The notes beneath the pieces are model-generated. The model did no database searches and was not told the origin of the DNA. It saw only the letters and a program-made list of their open reading frames with translations. Positions 11,746-23,789 of a stretch of DNA of 33,054 bases are shown in pieces (within the stretch, counting starts at the first letter, position 1; every line of letters begins with the position of its first letter). Source of the DNA: Octopus bimaculoides (taxonomy: Eukaryota); contig NC_068983.1 of NCBI RefSeq assembly GCF_001194135.2, positions 21,791,612 through 21,824,665 on the forward strand, in the 5' to 3' direction. A program made the position numbers and the translations under genes.

Positions 11746-12129
11746 GTGGAGGTGCAATGGCCCAGTGGTTAGGGCAGTGGACTCGTGGTCATAGGATCGT
11801 GGTTTCGATTCCCAGACCGGGTGTTGTGAGTGTTTATTGAGCGAAAACACCTAAAAGCTCCACGAGGCTCCGGCAGGGGATGGTGGCGAACCCTGCTGTA
11901 CTCTTTCACCACAACTTTCTCTCACTCTTTCTTCCTGTTTCTGTTGTGCCTGTAATTCAAAGGGTCAGCCTTATCACACTGTCACGCTGAATATCCCCGA
12001 GAACTACGTCAAGGGTACATGTGTCTGTGGAGTGCTCAGCCACTTGCATGTTAATTTCACGATCAGGCTGTTCCGTTGATTGGATCAACTGGAGCCCTCG
12101 ACGTCGTAAGCGACGGAGTGCCAACAACA
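11746..12129 (+). mobile_element. tRNA(Arg-like)-derived SINE with (AAC)n tail (family B, possibly octopus OR-type)
   Basis: Head ggaggtgcaatggcccagtggttagggcagtggactcg...ggtttcgattccc. A second copy lies inverted at 19946-20324. The OR assignment is from memory and unverified. Confidence 0.8.
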
Positions 12130-12677
12130 NNNNNNNNNNNNNNNNNNNNNNNNNNNNNNNNNNNNNNNNNNNNNNNNNNNNNNNNNNNNNNNNNNNNNNN
12201 NNNNNNNNNNNNNNNNNNNNNNNNNNNNNNNNNNNNNNNNNNNNNNNNNNNNNNNNNNNNNNNNNNNNNNNNNNNNNNNNNNNNNNNNNNNNNNNNNNNN
12301 NNNNNNNNNNNNNNNNNNNNNNNNNNNNNNNNNNNNNNNNNNNNNNNNNNNNNNNNNNNNNNNNNNNNNNNNNNNNNNNNNNNNNNNNNNNNNNNNNNNN
12401 NNNNNNNNNNNNNNNNNNNNNNNNNNNNNNNNNNNNNNNNNNNNNNNNNNNNNNNNNNNNNNNNNNNNNNNNNNNNNNNNNNNNNNNNNNNNNNNNNNNN
12501 NNNNNNNNNNNNNNNNNNNNNNNNNNNNNNNNNNNNNNNNNNNNNNNNNNNNNNNNNNNNNNNNNNNNNNNNNNNNNNNNNNNNNNNNNNNNNNNNNNNN
12601 NNNNNNNNNNNNNNNNNNNNNNNNNNNNNNNNNNNNNNNNNNNNNNNNNNNNNNNNNNNNNNNNNNNNNNNNNNNNN

Positions 12678-13062
12678 GTGACACATGAAATTTCTTCGAG
12701 CAAGATCGTTGCCGGTGCCCCTGAACTGGCTCTTGTGTGGGGTTGTTGTAGGATTTTCGAGCGAGATCATTGCTGGTGCCCCTGGACTTGCTCTTGTGCG
12801 GGTGACACATGAGGTTTCTCGAGCGAGATGAGCGTGGCCGTTGCCAGTACCGCCTGACTGGCCTTCGTGCGGGTGACACGTAAAAGCACCCACTACACTC
12901 TCTGAGTGGTTGGCGTTAGGAAGGGCATCCAGCTGTAGAAACACTGCCAAATCAGATTGGAGCCTGGTGTAGCCATCTGGTTTCACCAGTCTTCAGTCAA
13001 ATCGTCCAACCCATGCTAGCATGGAAAGCGGACATTAAACGACAACGACGACGACGATGATG
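12678..13062 (+). mobile_element. Family E non-autonomous RTE-like element with tandem ~60-nt 5' units and a (GAY)n tail
   Basis: Repeated cgagcgagatcgttgcc.gtgcccctggactgg units, then ggttggcgttaggaagggcatccagctgtagaaa ... ccaacccatgctagcatggaaagcggacattaaacgac. RTE relationship is inferred from the recalled aggaagggcatcc motif and the short-repeat tail. Confidence 0.7.
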
Positions 13063-13449
13063 ACATGCAAAACTATTACTGTTACTTTTATAAATTTTCT
13101 ATTCCAAGGTCTTTGGGCTAAAATGCTACAGAATAATAAGAGTAAGAAATGATGAAGGAATTAAATGAGCTGAGGATAAGTTTAGAGGATCAGGGAGCAT
13201 TATGATAATGGGAGAAAAGACAGTTTGACTAGGAAAGTGATTACAGAGGTGCTGGCAAATGAACAGTTTGTCTATCAAATAAATAAAGCTTATGTTATCT
13301 GACAAACTTGCAACTGGTTATAAATATGGCAAAAAAGAAAAAAAAATGCTCAGCTACTTTTCAAAAGAACAACACTACAATAACAGCAACAAAAGCAACA
13401 AGAAATCAAGAGAAAAGAGAAATATACCAGTTAGCAAAACAATACATAC

Positions 13450-13704
13450 AAATTTGTCTGTGAGTGATGTTCTCTTTGTTTTTTTGAATGCTTTTGCTCT
13501 GATCTATCCAGGTATCTGAATAAGCAACATTATCAGGATTAATATTCTCCTCAGAAGTAAAAGAATTTTCTTGTAGCGAAGTCTGGGATGAATTAGGTGA
13601 CGTGTGAAAGGAAGACTCCTTTGCCAAGTGTCGCTTTTGACGTGGGTTGCTCTCAAGCTCTGCATTTTTCTGCTTCTCTTTCTTCAACATATTAACTAAG
13701 ATAC
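13450..13704 (-). CDS. KIF6: KIF6-type kinesin next exon: (S)ILVNMLKKEKQKNAELESNPRQ...KENITHRQI + 1 nt
   Basis: ILVNMLKKEK continues the KIF6 motif from the upstream exon. 255 nt, phase 1 to phase 1. Donor ATTT|GTATGT at 13449-13444 is plausible, but the 3' boundary is less certain because the S/T/N-rich linker is divergent. Confidence 0.8.
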
Positions 13705-13713
13705 ATAGCTGGA

Positions 13714-13720
13714 GTCAAGG
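13714..13720 (-). promoter_or_regulatory. U12 branch point CCTTGAC (branch A at 13715)
   Basis: CCTTRAC core with 10 nt between the branch A and the predicted 3' junction, and no polypyrimidine tract, as expected for U12 introns. Confidence 0.75.
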
Positions 13721-14015
13721 TCCATAATCAGATTTGGTTGTTGAAAACATAAACAAGGCTGAAATGCAACGATTCTTTTTTGGCAAAAGTCAGCAAAAGC
13801 TGTTATATTTCAGGATGGTAATTTTTTTTTTCTTGCCAAATAAACACATGCACTATATATTCTTTTTCACTTGTTTATTATTGTTCTTATGTCAACTGAA
13901 TAATTTCGGTTAATCAAAGATTTTTCAACTCCCTATATTAAATATGTCTGACTCTGCAGCATGTGTAGTTTAGCATGCCAAGGTACTTTACTTCATAGCT
14001 TTAATGTTGAGCATA

Positions 14016-14077
<62 letters not shown>

Positions 14078-14389
14078 CATGTGTGTGTGTCAAAAGGACC
14101 AATAGTTTTCTCAAAGTCATAAGTTCATAAGGCTGGTTTCCCAGATTCTGTGGCATATGTAACCACCTCATCACCACTGGATGGGATGCCAACCCATTGC
14201 AGGGATACTTATTTTTGTCAGCTGTGTGGACTGAAGCAATGTGAAATGAAGTATTTTGCTCAAGAACACAATGCATTACCCAGTTCAGGAATTGAAACCA
14301 TAATCTTATGATCATGAATGAAACACCCTTGCCACTGAGCCACATACCTCCATACACACACACACATATGTATGTATGTATCTATGTAT

Positions 14390-14533
14390 AACTGGTACTT
14401 AATTTATCGACCTCCCCCACCACCAAAAGGATGAAAGCAAAGTCGATCTTGGCAGAATTTGAACTCAGAACGTAACGGCAGACAAAATACCACTAAGAAT
14501 TTCGTCCAGTGTGCTAACGTTTCTGCCAGCTCA
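14390..14533 (-). mobile_element. Family A SINE 5' half
   Basis: ctggtacttaatttatcgac ... gaatttgaactcagaacg ... gctaacgtttctgccagctca. Confidence 0.8.
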
Positions 14534-14850
14534 TGGGGGAGATAGTACCTTAGTTGGAAACATATGAAGGTAGGTGACAGGGAGGGCATCCAGCTGTAAA
14601 ATATTCCATCTAATAACTTCCATTTGACCGATGCAAGCATGGAAAAGTGGACATTAAATAATGCTGATGACGATGTGGATATATATATATATATTGGGTG
14701 GGTGTGTGGTTGGTGTTAGGAAGGACATTCACCTGTAAAAACTGAGCCAAAACAAACACACAGAAGCCTTGTCAGCTCCTGTCAAGCTGTCCAACCCATG
14801 CGATATCAGCATGGAAGACGGATATTAAACAACGATGATGACAATGATGA

Positions 14851-14885
<35 letters not shown>

Positions 14886-14887
14886 AA

Positions 14888-14929
<42 letters not shown>

Positions 14930-15024
14930 ACACATGAGAGGGCGCTGAAAAATTCCTGGCTGTGGATAAAAGAAAAAATACAGGAGGATCAGTTATGATT
15001 TTTGCAACACATTCTTGCCAGTGC

Positions 15025-15310
15025 TTTCGAGCGAGATCGTTGCCAGTGCCCCTGGACTGGCTCTTGTGAGGGTGGCACATAAAAGACACCATTTCGAGCG
15101 TGGCCGTTTTCGTGCAGATGACACGTAAAAGCACCCACTACACTCTCTGAGTGGTTGGCGTTAGGAAGGGCATCCAGCTGTAGAAACTCTGCCAAATTAG
15201 ATTGGAGCCTGGTGTTGCCATCCGGTTTCACCAGTCCTCAGTCAAATCGTCCAACCCATGCTAGCATGGAAAGCGGACGTTAAACGATGATGATAATGAT
15301 GATGATGATT
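15025..15310 (+). mobile_element. Family E copy
   Basis: Near-identical 3' part to 12678-13062. Confidence 0.8.
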
Positions 15311-15574
15311 CCTCTCCCAGGTTCACACACTTATTGCTGCAGCCTTTCAGTTTTTCTAAGCTCTGTAAAAGAACTCAGAAGGTTGGACCCACAACCAGGC
15401 CTTTTGTGATACCCTTAAACCCAGGAAGCTTTCAGCACCCCCACCACCTGATACATACATATATATGTAAGTATATACTGGCTGGTAGCAACAGAGTTAA
15501 ACAGGTAAACGTGGTACCCAGTTATATCCCTTTCTTATCTGGTTATGTTTATTTGCAAATCTTTCCCACTTTAG

Positions 15575-15987
15575 CTTACTCTTTTACTCTTTTACTTGTT
15601 TCAGTCATTTGACTGCGGCCATGCTGGGGCACCGCCTTTAGTCAAGGAACTCGACCCCAGGACTTATTCTTTGTAAGCCTAGTACTTATTCCATCGGTCT
15701 CTTTTTGCCGAACCGCCAAGTTATGGGGACGCAAACACACCAGCATCGGTCGTCAAGCAAAGCTGGGGGGACAAACACAGACACACAAACATATACACAC
15801 ACATACATATATATACATATATACGACGGGCTTCTTTCAGTTTCCGTCTACCAAATCCACTCACAAGGCTTTGGTCGGCCCGAGGCTATAGTAGAAGACA
15901 CTTGCCCAAGGTGCCACGCAGTGGGACTGAACCCAGAACCATGTGGTTGGTAAGCAAGCTACTTACCACACAGCCACTCCTGCGCCT
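15575..15987 (-). mobile_element. Family C SINE, full length
   Basis: Reverse complement match to 10928-11330. Confidence 0.85.
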
Positions 15988-17216
15988 AACATTAAGTACC
16001 AAACTACTTTTGAAACCAGTGATACAGTATGATCACAGTCCAGTGAGTAAAACTAGTATGATAAAAGAATGTGTGTGTGTATCTGTGTGTGTGTGTATGT
16101 CCATGTGTTTGTGTATAAAACTGTGTGTGTATGTTTGTGTGGTTATCTTTAGAATATGCAACTAAAATGAAGTAACAAAATTTCGATCTTAGAATTACAT
16201 ACAAATGTAAGTAGAAAACAAAATCTGGAATCTTTTTCCTTTAAGCTGTCATTATATTTCTGTAGACAACATTTCTTACATCCTTGTAAGTTGGTGAACG
16301 AAAAAAAAAAAACCCCAAAAAAAAACAAAAAAAAAAAACAATTACAAAGAAAATAAAGTTGTAAACATAAATGTTATTAAATAACATAGAAAATATACAT
16401 TTTAGAAAAATACGCGAAATAAAACATAAATACACAACCACATTGACATAAAATTTCTTCAGGAATTTTTATAAATTTAACTTTAAAAGAAATTTCTGCA
16501 CTTAATCAATATATATAAACATGTGTTGGTGTCGGTCCATAATATATNNNNNNNNNNNNNNNNNNNNNNNNNNNNNNNNNNNNNNNNNNNNNNNNNNNNN
16601 NNNNNNNNNNNNNNNNNNNNNNNNNNNNNNNNNNNNNNNNNNNNNNNNNNNNNNNNNNNNNNNNNNNNNNNNNNNNNNNNNNNNNNNNNNNNNNNNNNNN
16701 NNNNNNNNNNNNNNNNNNNNNNNNNNNNNNNNNNNNNNNNNNNNNNNNNNNNNNNNNNNNNNNNNNNNNNNNNNNNNNNNNNNNNNNNNNNNNNNNNNNN
16801 NNNNNNNNNNNNNNNNNNNNNNNNNNNNNNNNNNNNNNNNNNNNNNNNNNNNNNNNNNNNNNNNNNNNNNNNNNNNNNNNNNNNNNNNNNNNNNNNNNNN
16901 NNNNNNNNNNNNNNNNNNNNNNNNNNNNNNNNNNNNNNNNNNNNNNNNNNNNNNNNNNNNNNNNNNNNNNNNNNNNNNNNNNNNNNNNNNNNNNNNNNNN
17001 NNNNNNNNNNNNNNNNNNNNNNNNNNNNNATGCATGTATGTATGTATGTATGTATGCATATGTATGCATATGTGTGCATATGTATGCATATGTATGCATA
17101 TGTGTGCATATGTATGCATGTGTGTATGTATGTATGTATGTATGTAAATTTCTGTAAATAGAAAGCAAGTTTTTTAGGACAAGTTATGCTGTATACATTC
17201 ATATGTACCATATGTA

Positions 17217-17254
<38 letters not shown>

Positions 17255-17279
17255 CTCTCCCTCTTTACACACATACACG

Positions 17280-17326
<47 letters not shown>

Positions 17327-17497
17327 CTATATATATACATATATATATATATATGCAGATATATGTAGTAGAAATGCTTATGTATGTACTTCTAATTTTT
17401 CATTTCTTTTTCCATCTACATATGTACCAAGCAAAAGTATGTCTGCACATATGAATGTGTTTACACACCCACACACACACATATATATGTGTGTATG

Positions 17498-17535
<38 letters not shown>

Positions 17536-17779
17536 AATTTGTATTTGTTTGTGAGAGGGTCTGTATGAATGCTCAAAGTGAGTGCATACCATGCTAATAC
17601 ATGCGTGGTCATATTACTGCACACATACACGTAATCACGTGTATGGAATAGAAAAATAGCCCTCGGATGGATTCAAAATAAAGAAATCTAAGTTAAATCA
17701 ATTTTATATATAAAAGAAAAAGTAAAATGTGATGCAAATCAAGACTAAATTCAGCTTCGGTTGGGAAAGAGTATTAGCA

Positions 17780-18412
17780 TAGATGATTGGCTGCAGGAGG
17801 GAAAAAGTGTTGAGGTGGGAGAAGTGCAGGAGAGTGGGGAGGTAGTGAGGAGGTGGAGAGGAGTAGGAGGAGGAGAGGGTAAAGGAGGAAGAGAAGGGTG
17901 TAGGAGGAGGAGGAGGAGGAGGAGAGGGATGTACAAGACAAGTGAAGGGCAAGGAACATGAAGAGAAAGAGGGAGAGGAATATGATGAAGAATGAAGCGA
18001 GTGAGGGTGTGAGGAAGGAAAAGAAACAGAAGAATGAGAAGGAGGAGGTGGGGAAGAAGATTGAAGAAGGGTGAAAAAACAAGATGAGTGAGAAGCAAGG
18101 AGGAGGAGGAGGAGGAGGAGCAGGAGCAGGAGCAGGAGGAGCAGGAGGAGGAGCAGGAGGTGGAGGAGGAAGGAGGAGCAGCAGCAGCAACAGTAGGAGA
18201 AAGAAAAGGAAGAAGAAACAGGAGGNNNNNNNNNNNNNNNNNNNNNNNNNNNNNNNNNNNNNNNNNNNNNNNNNNNNNNNNNNNNNNNNNNNNNNNNNNN
18301 NNNNNNNNNNNNNNNNNNNNNNNNNNNNNNNNNNNNNNNNNNNNNNNNNNNGAAGAAGGGTGAAAAAACAAGATGAGTGAGAAGCAAGGAGGAGGAGGAG
18401 GAGGAGGAGGAA
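17780..18412. repeat. Purine-rich low-complexity (GGA/GCA/GAA) tract
   Basis: GGA and GCA triplet runs with no domain-like translation. Confidence 0.85.
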
Positions 18413-18499
18413 ACAGAAAAAGAATTTGCAGTGGTGCAAGGGAATCATGAAATAGTGATTGGGCGGTGATGCAAGGTAGAAGCAGACCTGAGTATCAAA

Positions 18500-18680
18500 C
18501 CGATGCTGGTGTGTTTACGTCCCCGTAACTTAGCGGTTCAGCAAAAGAGATCGACAGAATAAGTACTAGGCTTCCAAAGAATAAGTCCTGGGGTCGATTT
18601 GCTCGACTAAAAAGGCGGTGCCCCAGCATGGCCGCAGTCAAATGACTGAAACAAGTAAAAGAGTAAAAGAGTAAAAGAGT
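18500..18680 (+). mobile_element. Family C SINE 3' half
   Basis: cgatgctggtgtgtttacgtccccgtaacttagcgg ... gagtaaaagagtaaaagag. Confidence 0.8.
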
Positions 18681-18849
18681 ACAGTGTGTGGATTAAATGG
18701 CTTACCAAATATAATCTCTATGAAATAAGGAAGCCTCTATAGAGTTTATTTTACTGGTTAGAAAGAGCAGCTAAACTGCTGCCATTGAATCACACCTTAC
18801 CATCTTAAAAGAAAATGGAAGGACACCTGGAGTAATGTATTTTTAATGC

Positions 18850-18992
18850 TGGGTGGTTGGTGTTAGGGAAGGGCATTTGGCTGTATAAACCATGCCAAAG
18901 CAGACACAGAAGTCTGGTGCAGGCTCGTATCTGGCCAGCGCCTGTCAAACCATCCAACCCATACCAGCATGGAAGGCAGACGTTAAATGATG

Positions 18993-19023
<31 letters not shown>

Positions 19024-19173
19024 GGATGATGGTGTTGATGATGATGATGATGACGATGATGGTGATGATGATGAGGATGATGATGATGGTGGTGATGATG
19101 ATGATGATGACGATGACGGTGATGATGANNNNNNNNNNGATGGTGGTGATGATGATGATGATGACGATGACGG

Positions 19174-19211
<38 letters not shown>

Positions 19212-19230
19212 GTGGTGATGATGATGATAA
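18850..19230 (+). repeat. Family E 3' end with an expanded (GAT/GGT/GAC)n tail
   Basis: ccaacccataccagcatggaaggcagacgttaaat is followed directly by the GAT array. Confidence 0.8.
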
Positions 19231-19788
19231 TGTAAAAAACCATGGGATCTTAAAGCTGGAAACCCCTTGCTCAAAGACCTACTTGATTCCAGGTGAGTCA
19301 GGAATAAACACTAACAACAACAACAACAAGTTCCAAGAGACTATTCCATTCTCTTCATCATTCTTTCCCAGCATTCCCATCTGATTCCAAGCCCTATTAT
19401 GTTCTTCCTATACCCTTTCCTCTTTTCCTTTATGTACTCTGACTATTTCACTCTCTCTATGCTTCTTTCTTCCTTCCTTCCTTCCTTCCTTCCTTCCTTC
19501 CTTCCTTCCTTTCTTTCCTTTCATTTTTGTTTTTCTGCTGATGAAGAATGATATCTGAAATATTAAAACACTTTCACCATTGAAAGATTAAACTAATACT
19601 TTATTTGTCAGACTTTTTTCTTCGCGTGCGCACATGCCCTTGTGTGTGTGTGTGTTGTGTGTACACACACACATATATATATATATGGCAGTGCTCCAGC
19701 ATGGCCACAGCCTTAGAGCTGAAACATGTAAAAGAGTAAAAGAATATATACCCCAGAATAGAAACAAAATCAAATGTTAATATGTTGG

Positions 19789-19877
19789 ATGCATTTAATA
19801 CATATGTTTCCAGTAGTTATGCAAAATATGTTGGAATTATCTTACATAACCACTGGAAACACATGTATTAAATGCAT
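19789..19877 (-). repeat. 89-nt hairpin with 33-nt near-perfect arms
   Basis: Arms 19789-19821 and 19845-19877 differ at 2 of 33 positions; the stem extends 7 more pairs inward on the minus strand. Confidence 0.9.
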
Positions 19878-19945
19878 TCAGAATATAAACATTTGCTTTT
19901 GCTTTTATTCTGGCATTAAATGACTCTCTTCCATAACAATTTGGC

Positions 19946-20324
19946 TGTTCTTGCTTTGGTTGGCACTCCATCGGTTACTACGTCGAGTGTTCCTGTTGAT
20001 CCGATCAACGGAACAGCCTGCTCGTGAAATTAACGTGCAAGTGGCTGAGCTCTCCACAGACACGTGTACCCTTAACGTAGTTCTCGGGGAGATTCAGTGT
20101 GACACAGAGTGTGACAAGGCTGGCCCTTTGAAATACAGGTACAACAGAAACAGGAAGAAGGAGTAAGAGAACGTTACTCCTTCACTACCACTCCCTGCCG
20201 GAGCCTCATGGAGTTTTAGGTGTTTTTGCTCAAGAAATACTCATAACGCCCGGTCTGGGAATCGAAACTGCGATCCTAAGACCGCGAGTCTACTGCCCTA
20301 ACCACTGGGCCATTGCACCTCCAC
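19946..20324 (-). mobile_element. Family B SINE, internally deleted copy
   Basis: Reverse complement of 11746-12129 for both head and 3' half. Confidence 0.8.
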
Positions 20325-20624
20325 TCCTTGCTTTGGTAGTATGGTCAATACACCAAGGATATAGGAATGGAATGTTTTACCAGACCTCAACCCAAAAACT
20401 TCCAGTAAAGGATATTGCCTAAAAGCATGCCCTTCAATATATATATATATGTGTGGGTAGGTGTGTGGATGTTGGCATTTGAGTGTGTGTGTATGTGTAA
20501 GGAGATGTATGAAAATCACAACAGCTGCCAAATCCTAGAAATACCATTGAACTGATGGAAAATAGCAAAATCCTAATAAGAGAAATCAGTTGCTTCATTC
20601 TGGCCCGGCTTCAGAACCTGTTGT

Positions 20625-20776
20625 CAAATAGGGGCGATTTGAACTGAAGGTCATGTTGTGTATTTTGAAAGAAGTATCTATAAAACTAGTTTTTAGACAT
20701 TGAATGGCTGTGGGGGCCACCAGAATGAAACAGTAATCAAAGGAGGCCATAGATGAACAATGGTTGAGAACCCCTG
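20625..20776. mobile_element. hAT-like MITE remnant; similar end at about 11586-11650
   Basis: Terminus ggttgagaacccctg (reverse complement CAGGGGTTCTCAACC) resembles hAT/Charlie TIRs. Confidence 0.45.
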
Positions 20777-21693
20777 GTCTAGATGAATCTTTATATTGTA
20801 TTTCTGTCCACTTCGTGGTGTACGTTCTTTTCCACAATCCCTACAAGTAGAGATGCTGTATTATGCATAGTTAACACTTTTTCTGTGTCTGTGGATTCTG
20901 TGATGAGTTCTAAAGCCTACATTACTTAAACAGACATGACACACCCACAGTTGTTACACTTTAAAACTTTTGGTACTATATTTCTGTTAGCATACACTGC
21001 CTCTATTCTAATTAATTTTGAAAATAATGAAGAATTTATTAAAATAACTCAAATTTAAGCCATCAAGCCAAACAAAATCACAGTCATAGCAGATACCAGT
21101 GTCACAAGTGGCACCCGTGCCAGTGACATGTGAACGCACCCATTACACACTTGGAGTGGTTGGCATTAGGAAGGGCATCTAGCCATAAAAAAAACCATGC
21201 CAAATCAGACTAGAGTCTGGTGCAGCCTTCCAGATTACCAGCTCTGGTCAAACCATCCAACCCATGCCAGCATGGGCAAGGGACATTAAATGATGATGAT
21301 ATGTATGTTATCAATCAGTTTCATTTCTGTATTTCTTGTCCATAGAGAAAGAGCCGGACTCTAACATAGATTCAAGGCTCCTTCATTGGAACTTTTATCA
21401 ACATCATCTAGGTATTTGTGCATATGTGTGTATGTGTGCAGTATTTGGTGTTAGTCTATGCGCAGATTTGTATGTTTGTTTTATGGATGCGTTTTTATGT
21501 ATATATTTTCATGTCTAGATGCATGCATATGTATTTATGTACAAAATTTTTGGAAAGTTTTACATATCTTTACAGTTCCATTGATGGCTTGAATCTGTAG
21601 TCTTCTAATAAGTCTTTTTCTTTCAGGTTTTGTATGTATGTATGTATGTATGTATGTGTATGTGTGTGTATACACACACACACACACGCACAT

Positions 21694-21753
<60 letters not shown>

Positions 21754-21756
<3 letters not shown>

Positions 21757-22015
21757 TGCTTGTGTGGCAAGAAGCTGTGCTTCTCAACCGCACAGTTTTG
21801 GGTTCAGTCCTGGGCCACCTGGAGTAAGTGTCTTCTACTATAGCCCCGAGCCAACCAAGTCTTGCGAGTTGATACGGTAGATGGAAACTGAAAGATGCCT
21901 ATCATTTACATATATATGTGTGTGTGTGTATATTTATGTATGTGCATCTTTGTGTCTGCGTTTGTCTCCCTGCGATCGCTTGACAACCAATGGTGGTGTG
22001 TTTACATCCCTGTAA
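21754..22015 (+). mobile_element. Family C SINE, diverged
   Basis: aagtgtcttctactatagcc ... gtagatggaaactgaaaga ... cgcttgacaacc. Confidence 0.7.
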
Positions 22016-22931
22016 AGTTTTGTGTTACCATTTACAGTAATAGTGTGAACAAAGGAAAAGACAGTTTAATACTCTTAGGAGAGTAAATATGAAATGTATA
22101 ACATAATAGTTACAGTATAATGTAGTCTTTCGGATGACAATGGGATTTATCATTTTGTTATCTGAAGGATCACAAAATATCAAGAAACTCCGAGTGACAA
22201 CAGAATAAAGCCTCAACTTTAAATGAATAAACTCTACTACATGAAATGTACTCAGTACTCAATCTTTTTCTGTGTACTTTCAAACGTGTACACACAAACA
22301 CACACACACACGCATACATATATGTGTATGTATATATAAATATATGTGTGTGTGTGTATATTATAACATGCGTTTTTTCCATTCCTTAAATTTTTAAATA
22401 TACTCAAATACCCAAAATTTCAAGGAGTTCCTGCCTTAAAAACAGGAACAACACCAAAGTTATTTTGTGTTCTTTGCTACATTGGTTTCTATTAACCCAT
22501 TTATTCTATCTGAAGAATTATTATTCATTAAGATAGAAGAAATACATATAATTAAATATATTATAAATATATGTGTATATACATATATAAATGTGTGTGT
22601 ATATGTATGTGTGTGTGTGTGTATTTATATATACACATACTGCATGCTCTGTGTGCAACTAATGTACACATACAGATATACACACAGAGACGTATACATT
22701 TATATACACTCGTAGACACAGATACAACAATATAAATACATATGTATACACACACAGAGACACACACACACATACATATACACAAAAATGTGTACATATA
22801 TTCTATGTCAGTACACACGTGTTGTATACTTAGAAATAACACTCGAATATATATATGCATAAATATCTTGAACATAAAACACATACATATACCTACACAT
22901 CTACATCGCATATATATATCTATATATATCT

Positions 22932-23054
<123 letters not shown>

Positions 23055-23116
23055 TACATGTAGGATTTCTGCAAAGAAGGTTGCCATGGGCAACACACTG
23101 CAATTTCTGGCATCAC

Positions 23117-23126
23117 AAAAGGATAT
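23117..23126 (-). promoter_or_regulatory. U12 5' splice site ATATCCTTTT
   Basis: Matches the RTATCCTTT minor-intron donor consensus exactly where KIF6 homology requires a junction. Confidence 0.85.
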
Positions 23127-23280
23127 TGATTTCGTTATCTCTTTGCATAATGATATTCTTCAGTTTGCTTTCCTCCGCTGAGAAGTACGGACTCACATCA
23201 AGATCTTGGTGGTTGGCTGCGTTGGTTTCTTTACTTCTTGTCTCTGACTGGAACCTTGCTGTTTGTTCTTCAAGCCGTTT
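23127..23280 (-). CDS. KIF6: KIF6-type kinesin internal exon (stalk/coiled coil): [51 protein letters not shown] + 1 nt
   Basis: Acceptor ctctttctataaacag| at 23281. 154 nt open frame, phase 0 to phase 1. Ends in QRDNEI, matching the recalled KIF6 motif [24 protein letters not shown], and is followed immediately by the U12 donor ATATCCTTTT. Confidence 0.85.
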
Positions 23281-23728
23281 CTGTTTATAGAAAGAGTTGC
23301 AATGTAAACCCAACTGACATTTTACTAAAAGAATGCAATGAAGAAGAAGAAGAAGAAATAAGAAGTCTAGAATATCAAATATTTTAACTGGCTTTTGTGT
23401 CTATGCATATAAGAGATTAACTATGCATATATGCACCTATAGATATAAGTGTAAAAAAAAGAATATATACATACATGCATAAATATATATATGTATGTAT
23501 ATATATGTATATATATATATATTTGTGTGTCTGTGTGTATGTATATATATATGCATGTGTGTGTAACACAGATACATTGGTACATATAGATAAATGTACA
23601 CACACACATTCACACACATATATATGTGTATGCATGTATAAATACATACATATACATGTGTGCATGCATAAATGAATACATATGCATACATAATTATTTG
23701 CATTTGTACATTATTGCTTGTGTTTATG

Positions 23729-23787
<59 letters not shown>

Positions 23788-23789
<2 letters not shown>

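Noticed and set aside
11746-11820. tRNA-Arg-like gene
   Set aside because: It continues into a ~300-nt body with an (AAC)n tail shared with 19946-20324, and it lacks a proper acceptor stem and terminator. It is a SINE head.
18063-18410. Duplicated gaagaagggtgaaaaaacaagatgagtgagaagcaagg around a gap, and a poly-E/Q or poly-G 'protein'
   Set aside because: Probably a scaffolding duplication in low-complexity DNA, with no splice or domain support.
23113-23126. Reading ...NEINILL* as the end of a short protein
   Set aside because: The 'NIL' codons are the U12 donor ATATCCTTTT; homology continues in the exon at 13704.
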